Shown piece by piece: positions 9,013 to 18,763 of a stretch of DNA of 46,280 bases. Origin of the DNA: a virus (taxonomy: Duplodnaviria > Caudoviricetes). Within the stretch, counting starts at the first letter, position 1. Each line of letters starts with the position of its first letter. The position numbers and the translations under genes were made by a program. The notes beneath the pieces are model-generated. The model was not told where the DNA came from and made no database searches. It saw only the letters and a list, made by a program, of their open reading frames with translations. The DNA lies in the IMG/VR virus record IMGVR_UViG_3300037761_000203, positions 1 through 46,280 of that record. The stretch is one strand, 5' to 3'.

Positions 9013-11859
9013 GTGCCCGGCTCGATGCGGCGTGACCTCGTCCTGGACATCCGAGCTGAGGACAAGGATTTCGAGCGGCCGGTCAAGTCTGCGGCCGCCT
9101 CCGCCAGCGTCTTCGAGCGCGAGCTGGCCAAGCTGGAGGCGCGGCAGGCCCGGGTGGACCGGGCGATGACCCAGATGGGCCGCGGCATGCTGGTGGTCGG
9201 TGCGGCGATCGCCGCCGGGCTGGCCCTGTCGGTGCGGGCCGCGATCGACTGGGAGTCCAGCTGGGCCGGGGTGCTGAAGACCGTCGAGGGCACCGATGCC
9301 CAGATGGCCGCGCTGGAGCAGGACATCCGCGACCTGACCGGGGTACTGCCGGCCAGCCACAAGGAGATCGCGGCGGTGGCTGAGGCCGCCGGCCAGCTTG
9401 GCATCCAGCGGGGCAACATCGCCGCCTTCACCCGCACCATGATCGACATGGGGGAGGCGACCAACCTCACCTCGGATGAGGCCGCGACCAGCCTGGCGCG
9501 GCTGATGAACATCATGCAGACCGCCCCGGAGAACGTGTCCCGGTTGGCGTCGGCGATCGTCGACCTAGGCAACAAGGGCGCCACCACCGAGAGCGAGATC
9601 ACCGAGATGGCGCTGCGGATCGCCGGCGCCGGCAACACCATCGGCCTGTCCGAGTCCCAGGTGGTCGGGTTCGCCGCGGCCCTGTCGAACGTGGGCATCA
9701 ACGCCGAGGCCGGCGGTACCGCCATCTCCCGGGTGTTCCTGGAGATCGACTCGTCGGTGCGCCAGGGCGGTGACCGGCTGGAGATCTTCGCGGAGACCGC
9801 CGGGGTGACCGCCGCCGAGTTCCAGCAGGCCTACCAGGTCGACGCCGGTGGGGCGATCGCGTCGTTCGTCGCCGGGCTCGGCCGGGTCCAGACCTCCGGC
9901 GGGGACGTCAACGCGGTGCTCGACCAGCTCGGGCTGACCCAGATTCGCGTGTCGGATGCGTTGCGGCGGCTGTCAGGCAGCGGGGACAACCTGACCCGCT
10001 CCTTGCGGACCGGTTCGCAGGCGTGGGACGAGAACACCGCCCTGGCCGAGGAGGCCGAGCGGCGCTACGGCACCACCGCCGCCCAGTTGCGGATCGCCCG
10101 CAACCAGGTGAATGACTTCGCGATCGACATGGGTCAAACCTTCCTGCCGGTGATCGGCGAGGCCGCGGGCAAGGCGGGCGCGCTGGCCTCCGCTATCGGT
10201 GACCTGCCGGCCCCGGTGAAGACCGCGCTGGCGGTGATCGCCACTCTGACCGCCGGGATCTTCCTGGCCGGCGGCGCGGCGCTGGTTGCGGTGCCGAAGG
10301 TCTTGGCGTTCAAGGCTGCGTTGGACACCGTCCAGAACTCGGGCGGCCGGGCGGCTACCGCGGTTGGGCTGTTCCGCCGGGTCAGCTCGGCCGTCCCGCT
10401 CGGGCCGCTGGCCGCCGCCCTGGGTGTGGCCACCGTGGCGCTGGGGATCTTCGCCGCCAAGCAGGCCGAGAGTAAGCAGCGCACGGAGGAGCTGTCCCAG
10501 ACGCTCGACCAGCAGACCGGGGCGATCACCGAGAACACCCGCCGGTGGGTTGCTCACGAGCTGGAGCAGCGCGGGGTGCTGGAGGCGGCCGAGCGGCTGG
10601 GCCTGGACCTGGCGACCATGACCGATGCGATCCTGGGCGAGCGGGACGCGCTGGTCGAGGTGGACCGGGCGATCGCCGACAACACGGTCTCCCGCGGATT
10701 CCAGGCGGCCCAGATCGCCGACCTGGTGCGGCTGCAGGATGAGTTCCGGTTGGCGCTGATTGAGCAGGGCGTGTCCGAGCAGGATGCCACCCGCCGCTCG
10801 GTCGAGTACATCGAGCAGCTGGCCGCGCAGCACGCCGCGGCCGCGGATGTGCAGGGCACCACCAAGGGGCTGACCGGTGATCTTCAGGATGCGGCCGATG
10901 CGACCCGCCGTCAGGCTGAGGCCTCGGGTGAGGCGGCGACCGAGCTGGAGGCGCTCGACCCTCAGACCCGGCATCTGGCCGAGTCGTTCGACGTCACCGC
11001 CGAGGAGGCGAAAGAACTTGCCGGCGAGATCGGCGACCTTGACAAGGCGCTGAAGGGCCTGTTTGGTCTGCTGTTCTCGGTCGAGGAGGCCCAGGATGCG
11101 GCGGCGACCGCGATGCGCCGGCTCACCGAGGAGGCCGCCGACAACAACGCCGGGCTGGACGGCAACTCCGAGGCGGCGATCAAGAACCGGGACAACGTCC
11201 GCTCGCTGATCTCGGCCGACATGGATCTGATCGCCACGATGGCCGAAGGTGAAGCATCGGCCGAGGAGTTGACCGCCGAGACGGAGAAGCTCCGGCTGAA
11301 GTTCATCGACCAGATGCGCCAGTTGGGTTTCAGCGAGGAGGCCATCGAGCGGTACGCGGCGGCCTACGACCTGATCCCGTCCGAGGTGTCCACGCACATC
11401 ACCACCCCGGGGCTGACCGCCGCCGAGCGGGCGGTGAGGAACCTGAAGGCGTCCATCGACAGCCTGCCCACCCGGGTAGACATCGACATACACCAGAGCA
11501 TCTTCGCGCCGGTTGGGTCCCGGGTGGTGGGCCACCAGCACGGTGGCGAGATCCAGGGTCCACCGGGTATCGACCGGACGCTGATCGCGGCCACGGCCGG
11601 CGAGATCATGATCCGGCAGCCGGTGGCCCAGGCGAACCGGGCGGATCTGCTGGCGCTGAACGCCACCGGCCGCTGGCCGGTGGGCGGCGGCGGTGGCGCC
11701 GGGGCCGCCAACCCGGTGGTGTACCGGCCGGAGGTGAGGGTTTTCGTGGGCGACCGGGAGCTGACCGACATTGTGCGGGTGGAGGTGTCGGGGGGGATCT
11801 CCGCGCATGACCGGGATCTGCGGCGCCGGGTTGAGGCCGGGGTGGGGGTGGTCCGGTGA
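9013..11859 (+). CDS. Tape measure protein (TP901-type)
   Basis: 948 aa, Ala-rich and helical; AIDWES.WAGV.KTV.GT, AE.AGQLGI and EAGGTAISR motifs. Confidence 0.95.
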   Translation: MPGSMRRDLVLDIRAEDKDFERPVKSAAASASVFERELAKLEARQARVDRAMTQMGRGMLVVGAAIAAGLALSVRAAIDWESSWAGVLKTVEGTDAQMAALEQDIRDLTGVLPASHKEIAAVAEAAGQLGIQRGNIAAFTRTMIDMGEATNLTSDEAATSLARLMNIMQTAPENVSRLASAIVDLGNKGATTESEITEMALRIAGAGNTIGLSESQVVGFAAALSNVGINAEAGGTAISRVFLEIDSSVRQGGDRLEIFAETAGVTAAEFQQAYQVDAGGAIASFVAGLGRVQTSGGDVNAVLDQLGLTQIRVSDALRRLSGSGDNLTRSLRTGSQAWDENTALAEEAERRYGTTAAQLRIARNQVNDFAIDMGQTFLPVIGEAAGKAGALASAIGDLPAPVKTALAVIATLTAGIFLAGGAALVAVPKVLAFKAALDTVQNSGGRAATAVGLFRRVSSAVPLGPLAAALGVATVALGIFAAKQAESKQRTEELSQTLDQQTGAITENTRRWVAHELEQRGVLEAAERLGLDLATMTDAILGERDALVEVDRAIADNTVSRGFQAAQIADLVRLQDEFRLALIEQGVSEQDATRRSVEYIEQLAAQHAAAADVQGTTKGLTGDLQDAADATRRQAEASGEAATELEALDPQTRHLAESFDVTAEEAKELAGEIGDLDKALKGLFGLLFSVEEAQDAAATAMRRLTEEAADNNAGLDGNSEAAIKNRDNVRSLISADMDLIATMAEGEASAEELTAETEKLRLKFIDQMRQLGFSEEAIERYAAAYDLIPSEVSTHITTPGLTAAERAVRNLKASIDSLPTRVDIDIHQSIFAPVGSRVVGHQHGGEIQGPPGIDRTLIAATAGEIMIRQPVAQANRADLLALNATGRWPVGGGGGAGAANPVVYRPEVRVFVGDRELTDIVRVEVSGGISAHDRDLRRRVEAGVGVVR

Positions 11860-13304
11860 CGCTCGCGATGACCCATCACGTGGACCGGTGGCGGGTGGCC
11901 CTGGCCGTCTCCGATCGGCCGGATGGCACCGTGCTGGTGGAACGGTCCGCCCAGGCCGCCTTCAACCTGGCCGACACCGTGCGGGGTGCGGTGGCGCTGC
12001 CGGTCTCCGGCGGGGTGGCCACCCTGGATGACCATGAGTACCACGAGGGTGTGGCCACCCATTACCGGGTGACGCCGGTGGACCCGCCGGCGGGGCTGCT
12101 GCTGACGGGTGTGTCCGGCGACTACGCCTCCACCCCGGATGCGGCCGTCCTGGACATCACCGGTGACCTGGACCTGCGGGGTGAGCTGACCCGGCCCACC
12201 TGGGACGGGCCGTTCGTGCGGGTCGTCGGGAAATGGGCCGAGTCCACCAACCAGCGGTCGTACAGTCTGGCCATCAACCAGACCGGGTTCCTGCGGCTGA
12301 ACTGGTCGGTCGACGGCTCGGCCACCATCACCCGACTGTCGACCGTGGACCTGCTGTCGACCGTGGCCCCCGGCGGCAGGCTGGCGATCCGGGCCACGCT
12401 GGACGTGAACAACGGCGCCAGCGGCCACACGGTGATCTTCTACACTGCGGCGTCGCTGGCCGGTCCCTGGGCTCAGCTCGGCACCACGGTGGTGACCGCG
12501 GGCACCACCAGCGTCTTCTCCGGCTCGGCCCTGCTGGAGGTGGGCTCCCGCGACGGTGGGACCGCGGACCTGCTGACCGGCACCGTCCACGCGGTTCAGG
12601 TGCGCTCCGGCATCGACGGCACGATGGTTGCCAACCCCGATTTCACCGTTCAGGACCACCGCGACACGTCGTTCGCCGACGCCGCCGGTCGGACGTGGGC
12701 GGTCAACGGCGACGCCGAGATCAACACCGCGGAGACCGGCAGCATCATCGCCAGCAACAACGGGCTGGTGATCCTCAAGTCGGTCAGGTACCCAGCCCAG
12801 AACATCGTGGTGACGGTGGCCGACTACGGGGACGTGGAACACGACGACCGCTCCGCCGCGTTCCCGATCGCCGGGCGGGCGCTGCCGACCGGGGTGGGTG
12901 AGCTGCACGGCGGCCGGGACCACCTGCTGGTGCTGTCCACCGACGTGCAGGCCGCCCAGGACCACCTCGACCTGATGTACCGTACCGGGCACGTGTTCTA
13001 CCTGCAGGTGCCCACGGTCGCCGCGCCGCGCATGCCCGGCAACGTGCAGCTACCCGGGTCGATGTATGTGCAAATCGGCCGGCCACGCAAGACCCGGCTC
13101 AGCGGGGTGGAGACCATCTACCACCACACGGCCCTGCCGCTGCGGGAGGTCACCCCACCGGGGCCGGACGTGGTCGGCACCACCCTGACCATCGCCGGGC
13201 TGGTAGAGCTGCACGGGACGATCACCTCGGTGTGGGCCGCCTACCCGTCCATCCGCGACCTGTGGGACGAGATCGGCTCCCTCGACTCACTGGTCCCGAT
13301 CTAA
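11856..13304 (+). CDS. Distal tail (Dit)-like protein with inserted LamG/ConA-like domain
   Basis: Follows the TMP; DHEY..GV...YRV N-terminus; YASTPD.A.LDITGD.DLR...GKW...QRSY insert. Confidence 0.7.
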   Translation: MTLAMTHHVDRWRVALAVSDRPDGTVLVERSAQAAFNLADTVRGAVALPVSGGVATLDDHEYHEGVATHYRVTPVDPPAGLLLTGVSGDYASTPDAAVLDITGDLDLRGELTRPTWDGPFVRVVGKWAESTNQRSYSLAINQTGFLRLNWSVDGSATITRLSTVDLLSTVAPGGRLAIRATLDVNNGASGHTVIFYTAASLAGPWAQLGTTVVTAGTTSVFSGSALLEVGSRDGGTADLLTGTVHAVQVRSGIDGTMVANPDFTVQDHRDTSFADAAGRTWAVNGDAEINTAETGSIIASNNGLVILKSVRYPAQNIVVTVADYGDVEHDDRSAAFPIAGRALPTGVGELHGGRDHLLVLSTDVQAAQDHLDLMYRTGHVFYLQVPTVAAPRMPGNVQLPGSMYVQIGRPRKTRLSGVETIYHHTALPLREVTPPGPDVVGTTLTIAGLVELHGTITSVWAAYPSIRDLWDEIGSLDSLVPI

Positions 13305-13317
13305 TGGGGGTGACCTG

Positions 13318-14004
13318 ATGCCTGGCTTCACGACTCCCGACTCACTCATCCACGAGGTGGAGGGCGACCAGCCGCTCATATCCCTGACCGGCGGGAGCTC
13401 GGGCACCTTCCCGATCCTGGCCGAGCAGGTCCAGGCCCTCTTCTCCGCCTTCCGGGCCGATCTCACCGACGTCACCGACCGGCTGACCGCGGTGGAGTCG
13501 ATCGCCGCTGCCACCCGGTGGCGGCACATCGACACCGGCACCGTCACCGGCGGGTCGTTCCTGGTCACCGTCCCGGCCGGCTTCCAGCGGCTGCGGTTCG
13601 TGATGGCCTACGACCAGGCCGCCGCGGGGACCATGTTCTTGCGCATCAACGACGACGCCACATCGGGCAACCACATCTGGGGCTTCCTGGCCCTGGACTC
13701 GGCCACCGGCGCGGTAGACCACGCCGACCACAGCAGCACCACTGGCACGAACTGGAAAATCGGCGACGCGAGCAGTGTGGAGAGCAACAATCTGACGGTG
13801 GAGATCTGGCCGACCGACGGCTCACACAACCCGAGCTTTGTGACCCAGGGCCACCGCAACTCGACCAGCGCCAGCTCTCACCAGATGCAGCTCGCCGCAG
13901 GCAAGTACCTGGGGGACGTGGTGGTGTCCAGCTTCCGTATTCAGCCGGTGACCGAGCTGTTCGCGTCGGCCCGGTGGTGGCTGGAGGGCTACGTAGCCCC
14001 GTGA
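13318..14004 (+). CDS. Minor tail protein
   Basis: Position; short coiled segment followed by a beta-rich domain. Confidence 0.65.
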   Translation: MPGFTTPDSLIHEVEGDQPLISLTGGSSGTFPILAEQVQALFSAFRADLTDVTDRLTAVESIAAATRWRHIDTGTVTGGSFLVTVPAGFQRLRFVMAYDQAAAGTMFLRINDDATSGNHIWGFLALDSATGAVDHADHSSTTGTNWKIGDASSVESNNLTVEIWPTDGSHNPSFVTQGHRNSTSASSHQMQLAAGKYLGDVVVSSFRIQPVTELFASARWWLEGYVAP

Positions 14005-16385
14005 GCGTCGTGTGGATGACGGTCGGCGCGACCACCGATGGCGGGGCGACGTTCGCGGCCAAGGTCGACGGCGGCGGTCCGGTGCGGGTGGCGGTGGCTG
14101 CCGACGCCGGCATGACCTCCCCGGTGTTCACCGGCAGCCAGGCGGTGGACGCTCAGGGCGTGGCTAAGGTGAGCATTACCGGCCTGTCCGCGTTCACCCG
14201 CCACTTTTGGCAGGTCGAGGACGACGGGGACATCGACGACACGGTCACCGGCCAGTTCCTCACCCACCCCGCCCTCGGCCTGCCCGCTAGCTTCACCGTC
14301 GGCATCCTGGCCGATGCCGGGCTGGAGCCGGTCACTCCCGGGGTCGGGTCGGTGCTGGCCGCCAACCGGCTGTCCAACGCCCCGGTGCTGGACACGATCC
14401 GGGGGCGGGCGCTGGCCGAGGAATGGCTGATGTGCCACTGGCTCGGCGACGACCTGTACTACGACCTGGGCTCCGGGTTCCACGGCATCGCCGGCGGAGC
14501 GAGCGTGGCGAACTACCGGCGGGCCAGGGACGACCGGCTGCTGCAGCCCCGGCACCACCAGCTCGACCGTGAGGTCGCCAACGCCCGGTTGAAAGACGAC
14601 CACGACGGCGCCCAGAACAACCACGACAGCACGGACGCCGGCACGCACGTCTACAACCAGGTGTACCGCGAGGTCGAGCCTCACTACCCGCTGCCGGACA
14701 CCGACACCGACGGGGGCATCTACTGGTCGGCGCCGGTCGCCCGGGTCCTGTTCATCGGCGCGGACACGCGAACGTTCAAGAACGAGACCGCCGGGGCAAT
14801 GTTGGGCGCGTCCCAGCTGGCGTGGATGGACACCCTGCTCAGTGCCACCACCGCTCAGCTGGTGGTGTGGCTGATGCCCGGGCAGTGGATGGGCTCGGAC
14901 GCGGACACGTGGGCCTCGCACGCGGCCGAGCAGGCCGCGGTGGTGGAGATGTTCGGCGACTACGGGTTCGCCGGCCGGGTGGCGATCGTCGGCGCGGACG
15001 CGCACATCGTCGCCCTGGACACCGGCGCCAACAGCCCCGGCGGCATCCCGGTGCTGCAGGCCGCGGCGATCGACGCCACCCCCGGCTTCGGCAACCCGGC
15101 CGCCTACGACCTGGGTGGGCAGGCCGGCAGGAACCAGTACGGCAGCGTGCAGATCACCGACGTGGGCTCGGCCATCTCGGTCCGGCTGGCCGGCTGGCAG
15201 GGCACCACCGAGCTGGTCACCCACCAGTTCGGGGTGACGGTCGAGGCCGCGCCGGTCGCATCCGGGGCGCTGCTGCGTACCCTGGCCGGCTCGCACGTCC
15301 CGCGGATCGAGGCCCGGGTGGTCACCGGCCACCCGACCGGCGAGGACCCTGACGGTGTGCCGGTGGAGGTGGTAGACGGCGAGGTCGTCTTCGACGGTAC
15401 GGCCGAGGTTCACGGCCGGCTGCGGCTGGACGTCCTCGGCATCGACAGCAACACCGGGCGCTCGACCTTCCCGCGGATGACCTCCGACCTGCTCGCGCCG
15501 CTCGGCGCGGAGATCTTTGTCCGCTACGGGCTCGACCTCGGCAGCGACACACTGTGGACGCCGCTGGGCTACTTCCGGATCGTCGAGCCGGACCAGGCCG
15601 ACGCCCCCTACGGGGTGATCTCCATCGACGGCGAGGACCGGATGGCCGGCATCATCGAGGCCGAGCCGCTGACCCCGCGCACCTTCGCGGCCACCGCCAC
15701 CATCGGCAGCGTGGTGCAGACCCTGGTCGAGGCCGTGTACCCGGACGTGGTGATCGCCTGGGACGACGAGGCAGACCAGACCCCGCTGGGCCGGGTGCTG
15801 GTGGTAGACCGGTCCCGGTACGGGCCGCTGCGGGACATCTTCGACTCGGTCGGCAAGGTCGCCGCCTTCGACGGTGAGGGCGTGCTGCGGATCGAGACCG
15901 CGCCGGAGGATGAGGACCCGGTGTGGGAGATCCGCTCCGGCCGGGACGGGGTGCTGGTCGCCGCCGGCCGTCGGGTCACCCGCCGCGGGATCCGCAACGG
16001 GGTGCGGGTGCGCGGCGCCGGCGCCGACGACCAGGCGGCGGTGGTCGGCATCGCCGTGGACAACAACCCGGGTAGCCCCACGTACTGGTTCGGCGACTTT
16101 GGGCAGGTGCCGGAGACGGTGGAGCTGCCCGGGGTGAGCACCCAGGCGGCGGCCGAGGCGGCAGCGGTCGCCCGGCTGCGCCGGTCCCTCGGCGCCCCGT
16201 ACACGGTGCGGATCGCGGCGGTGTGCAACCCGACACTCCGGCCGTGGCAGCCGGTGCGGATCACCTACCGCGACGGGAACCGGGAGGTGCATGTGATGCA
16301 GCAGGTGACGATTCCGTTGCGGCCCCGTCCGATGGGCGGCACCAGCCGGCACCGGGTCCTGGCCGCAATCGGGAGCCTCACGTGA
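14001..16385 (+). CDS. PhoD-like metallophosphoesterase fused to a baseplate hub/Tal (DUF5047-like) protein
   Basis: GTGA overlap. N-terminal half: LGDDLYYD, DDHD...NN, DTR, MLG.SQL.W, D.W, ADAH. C-terminal half: L.GSH, LAP.G.E....G, PLGYFRI, DRMA.I, N.V.V.G, SPTY..G.FG.VP, NP.L.P. Confidence 0.85.
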   Translation: MSVVWMTVGATTDGGATFAAKVDGGGPVRVAVAADAGMTSPVFTGSQAVDAQGVAKVSITGLSAFTRHFWQVEDDGDIDDTVTGQFLTHPALGLPASFTVGILADAGLEPVTPGVGSVLAANRLSNAPVLDTIRGRALAEEWLMCHWLGDDLYYDLGSGFHGIAGGASVANYRRARDDRLLQPRHHQLDREVANARLKDDHDGAQNNHDSTDAGTHVYNQVYREVEPHYPLPDTDTDGGIYWSAPVARVLFIGADTRTFKNETAGAMLGASQLAWMDTLLSATTAQLVVWLMPGQWMGSDADTWASHAAEQAAVVEMFGDYGFAGRVAIVGADAHIVALDTGANSPGGIPVLQAAAIDATPGFGNPAAYDLGGQAGRNQYGSVQITDVGSAISVRLAGWQGTTELVTHQFGVTVEAAPVASGALLRTLAGSHVPRIEARVVTGHPTGEDPDGVPVEVVDGEVVFDGTAEVHGRLRLDVLGIDSNTGRSTFPRMTSDLLAPLGAEIFVRYGLDLGSDTLWTPLGYFRIVEPDQADAPYGVISIDGEDRMAGIIEAEPLTPRTFAATATIGSVVQTLVEAVYPDVVIAWDDEADQTPLGRVLVVDRSRYGPLRDIFDSVGKVAAFDGEGVLRIETAPEDEDPVWEIRSGRDGVLVAAGRRVTRRGIRNGVRVRGAGADDQAAVVGIAVDNNPGSPTYWFGDFGQVPETVELPGVSTQAAAEAAAVARLRRSLGAPYTVRIAAVCNPTLRPWQPVRITYRDGNREVHVMQQVTIPLRPRPMGGTSRHRVLAAIGSLT

Positions 16386-17161
16386 GCGCCGAGCGGGCGA
16401 GCGACGACCTGGCCGGGCTGATCGGGACTGCGCGTACCGGCGTGCCCGGGCTGGGTCTGGGCCTGGCCTCGGCCACCCTGCTCACCTGGGACCCGGAGAG
16501 CCTCCGCGGCACTGTGGACTACGACGGGGCGACGTTGGTGGACCTGCCGGTGCTGGCCGCGCTGGACGCGTTCTCCTGGGTGCCCGGTGATGAGCTGACC
16601 CTGTTGACCTGGCATCCTCCGGACGGGCACAGCCGGCCCGGGTTCGGCAGCTACGTGATCCTGGGTCGGGTGTTCCGGCCGGGCGCCGAGAACAGCGCCA
16701 AGGTGCTGCAGGCGCTGCAAACCAGCTTCGCCAGTCAGATCAGCGCGGAGGTGTTCGCCGCCCGGATACGCACCGCTGAGGTTGGAGACTACAAGGAGAT
16801 CTCCTCAACCGACTGGATCGACCTGCCGGACTCGCCCGGGCCGACGTTGCCGGACATCGAGGTCAGCTCCACGGGCGTCATGCTGGTGGAGGTGGGCTGT
16901 TTCGTGTCCGCGGACGACAACGCGGGGTACATGAGCGTGGAGGTCAGTGGCGCCACGTCGCGGGCTCCGACGCTGCGTCACATCGTGTCCGTGCTGGCGG
17001 CCGCCGGTGACGGGCCAAACGCGATAGCGGCGGGCCGGCAGTTCCCGGTAACCGGGCTGAACCCGGGGATGCACACGGTGACCGCCAAGTACCGGACGGA
17101 CTCGACCAGCTCTCCTGGCGCGCTGTTCGGTGACCGTACGCTAGATGTGATCTCGTTCTGA
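16382..17161 (+). CDS. Minor tail protein
   Basis: GTGA overlap; follows the hub gene; TGLNPG.HTVTAKYR C-terminal beta domain. Confidence 0.7.
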   Translation: MSAERASDDLAGLIGTARTGVPGLGLGLASATLLTWDPESLRGTVDYDGATLVDLPVLAALDAFSWVPGDELTLLTWHPPDGHSRPGFGSYVILGRVFRPGAENSAKVLQALQTSFASQISAEVFAARIRTAEVGDYKEISSTDWIDLPDSPGPTLPDIEVSSTGVMLVEVGCFVSADDNAGYMSVEVSGATSRAPTLRHIVSVLAAAGDGPNAIAAGRQFPVTGLNPGMHTVTAKYRTDSTSSPGALFGDRTLDVISF

Positions 17162-17181
17162 CCACATGAGGGGGTGAGCTG

Positions 17182-18087
17182 GTGCCGACCTACGCCGAAC
17201 TGCAGGCAGAATCCTGGTGGGGCAGGGAGATCGTCCCCGACCCGCTGCGGGGGCTGGGTGAGCGGCTGTGCCGGGCCTACGGCCGGCCGCTGAACGCCGC
17301 CGGCACCAAGGGCGACAACGTGCACCTCAGCGGTGCCCACCGCTCACAGGAGTGGATCTTGAACAGCCGCCTCTGCAGCCGCCGCACCTACACCGTCCAG
17401 AGTGGGCTCACCGCCGCCGAGTTGCGGTACATCGCCGGTCTGGACTTCAACCCGGGCTCGACCGCGCGGATGATCGAGATCTGCTCCCGGCTTGACCGGC
17501 CGGTCCGCGCCGGCACCCTGGAGGTGGTCCGCGAGTGGTACGGCAACATCGACGGCGATCAGCGGGTGGACGGCTACAACAACATCCTCAACCGCATCGC
17601 CACCAGCGACGCGAGCCACCTGTGGCACCTCCATCTGACGCTGGACCGCCGGCAGGTGGCCAGCACCGGGGCGATGCGGCTGGTGGGGGACGTGCTACTA
17701 GGGCAGACGACAGGAGGGGACATGCTCCCAGAGCTGGGCGACCAGGGACCCGTGGTGGAGTACTGGCAGCGGATGCTTAAGCTGGCCGGCTACGACCCGG
17801 GGCCGGTCGACGGGGACTACGGCCCGGCGACGAAGGCGGCCGCCGACGGGTTCCGTGCCGACCACGACCTCGGCGGGTCCAACTCCATCACGCCGTGGAT
17901 GGCCACCGCGATCCAGTCCGAGGTGTTCGCCGGCAAGGCCGGCCCGGCGGGTCCGCCCGGTCCGGCGGGTGCCGCCGGCAAGCCGGGGGTCAAGGGTGAC
18001 CGGGGTGAGCCCGGCCCGCCCGGGCCGCCCGGTCCGACCCCGACCGAGGTGACGTTCGCCGGCATCGTGACCAAGACGACGGCATGA
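17182..18087 (+). CDS. Endolysin: His-rich Zn-peptidase-like domain + PG_binding_1 + collagen-like tail
   Basis: GD..H...H...A.LD...SHLWHLHL; LGD.G..V..WQ..L...GYDPG.VDG.YGP.T..A...F; Gly-X-Y repeats; first gene after the tail module. Confidence 0.8.
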   Translation: MPTYAELQAESWWGREIVPDPLRGLGERLCRAYGRPLNAAGTKGDNVHLSGAHRSQEWILNSRLCSRRTYTVQSGLTAAELRYIAGLDFNPGSTARMIEICSRLDRPVRAGTLEVVREWYGNIDGDQRVDGYNNILNRIATSDASHLWHLHLTLDRRQVASTGAMRLVGDVLLGQTTGGDMLPELGDQGPVVEYWQRMLKLAGYDPGPVDGDYGPATKAAADGFRADHDLGGSNSITPWMATAIQSEVFAGKAGPAGPPGPAGAAGKPGVKGDRGEPGPPGPPGPTPTEVTFAGIVTKTTA

Positions 18088-18094
18088 CCCGGAG

Positions 18095-18313
18095 ATGAGC
18101 CCAGATGTCGACGGCTCACGCCAGGATCAGGGCCGCTGGGTGAGCCGGCCGGTCCGGGACACCGCCGTGGTGAGCGTGGCGCTGGCGCTGGCCATGTGGG
18201 AGGTCACGCTCGGCGGCGCACGCGCCGCGGTGCTGAGCTTCCTCGGGGCGCTTCTCCTCTCACCCGTGGTCATGCGCGTCGATGAGGCGAGGAGGCGGCG
18301 CAATGGCGCTTAG
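18095..18313 (+). CDS. Small two-TM membrane protein (lysis cassette)
   Basis: Two hydrophobic segments and a basic C-terminus. Confidence 0.6.
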   Translation: MSPDVDGSRQDQGRWVSRPVRDTAVVSVALALAMWEVTLGGARAAVLSFLGALLLSPVVMRVDEARRRRNGA

Positions 18314-18386
18314 GCAGTACCCGATCACGGCCATCTACCTGACCGCGGCGGTTGTGGTGTCGTTCATGCTGTGGCTGGCGGGCTGA
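18303..18386 (+). CDS. 27-aa single-TM peptide (MALRQYPITAIYLTAAVVVSFMLWLAG)
   Basis: GAGGAGG RBS; fills the gap between lysis genes. Confidence 0.5.
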   Translation: MALRQYPITAIYLTAAVVVSFMLWLAG

Positions 18387-18390
18387 TGCC

Positions 18391-18747
18391 GTGATCCGCC
18401 GGATTGTCCGCTGGCTGAGCGGCCGCCCGTTCGTGGTCATGCTGATCATGGTCGCGGTGGTCACCGTACCCGGGTTCCTGCGGGTCCAAGGCATCGCCCG
18501 GGAGCAGGAGCGGATCATCGAATGCACGCAGGCGTGGGGGGACGCCAGCGTGGAGCGCACCACCCTGCTAGGCGGGTTGGCCGGGGACCGCACGGACGCG
18601 CTGGACCGGCTGGTGCGCGCGGTCGCCTCCCAGGACGAGGAGCAGTTCGCGATGGCGCTGGCCGCCTACCTGGCCGCCAGCGACGCGTACCGGGACGCGC
18701 TGGTGGCCAACCCGGTGCCGGAGCCGCCGAGCCTACGATGCGGCTGA
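18391..18747 (+). CDS. Membrane-anchored lysis-cassette protein
   Basis: N-terminal TM, helical ectodomain with two Cys. Confidence 0.6.
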   Translation: MIRRIVRWLSGRPFVVMLIMVAVVTVPGFLRVQGIAREQERIIECTQAWGDASVERTTLLGGLAGDRTDALDRLVRAVASQDEEQFAMALAAYLAASDAYRDALVANPVPEPPSLRCG

Positions 18748-18763
18748 GCGAGAGGACGAGGGC

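Noticed and set aside
13518-14000. N-terminal extension of the 955-aa track ORF
   Set aside because: It overlaps gene 13318-14004; the coupled GTG at 14001 is the plausible start.
9973-16352. Long minus-strand ORFs (611, 542 and 787 aa) opposite tail genes
   Set aside because: Shadow ORFs caused by high GC3 on the coding strand; no motifs or RBS.
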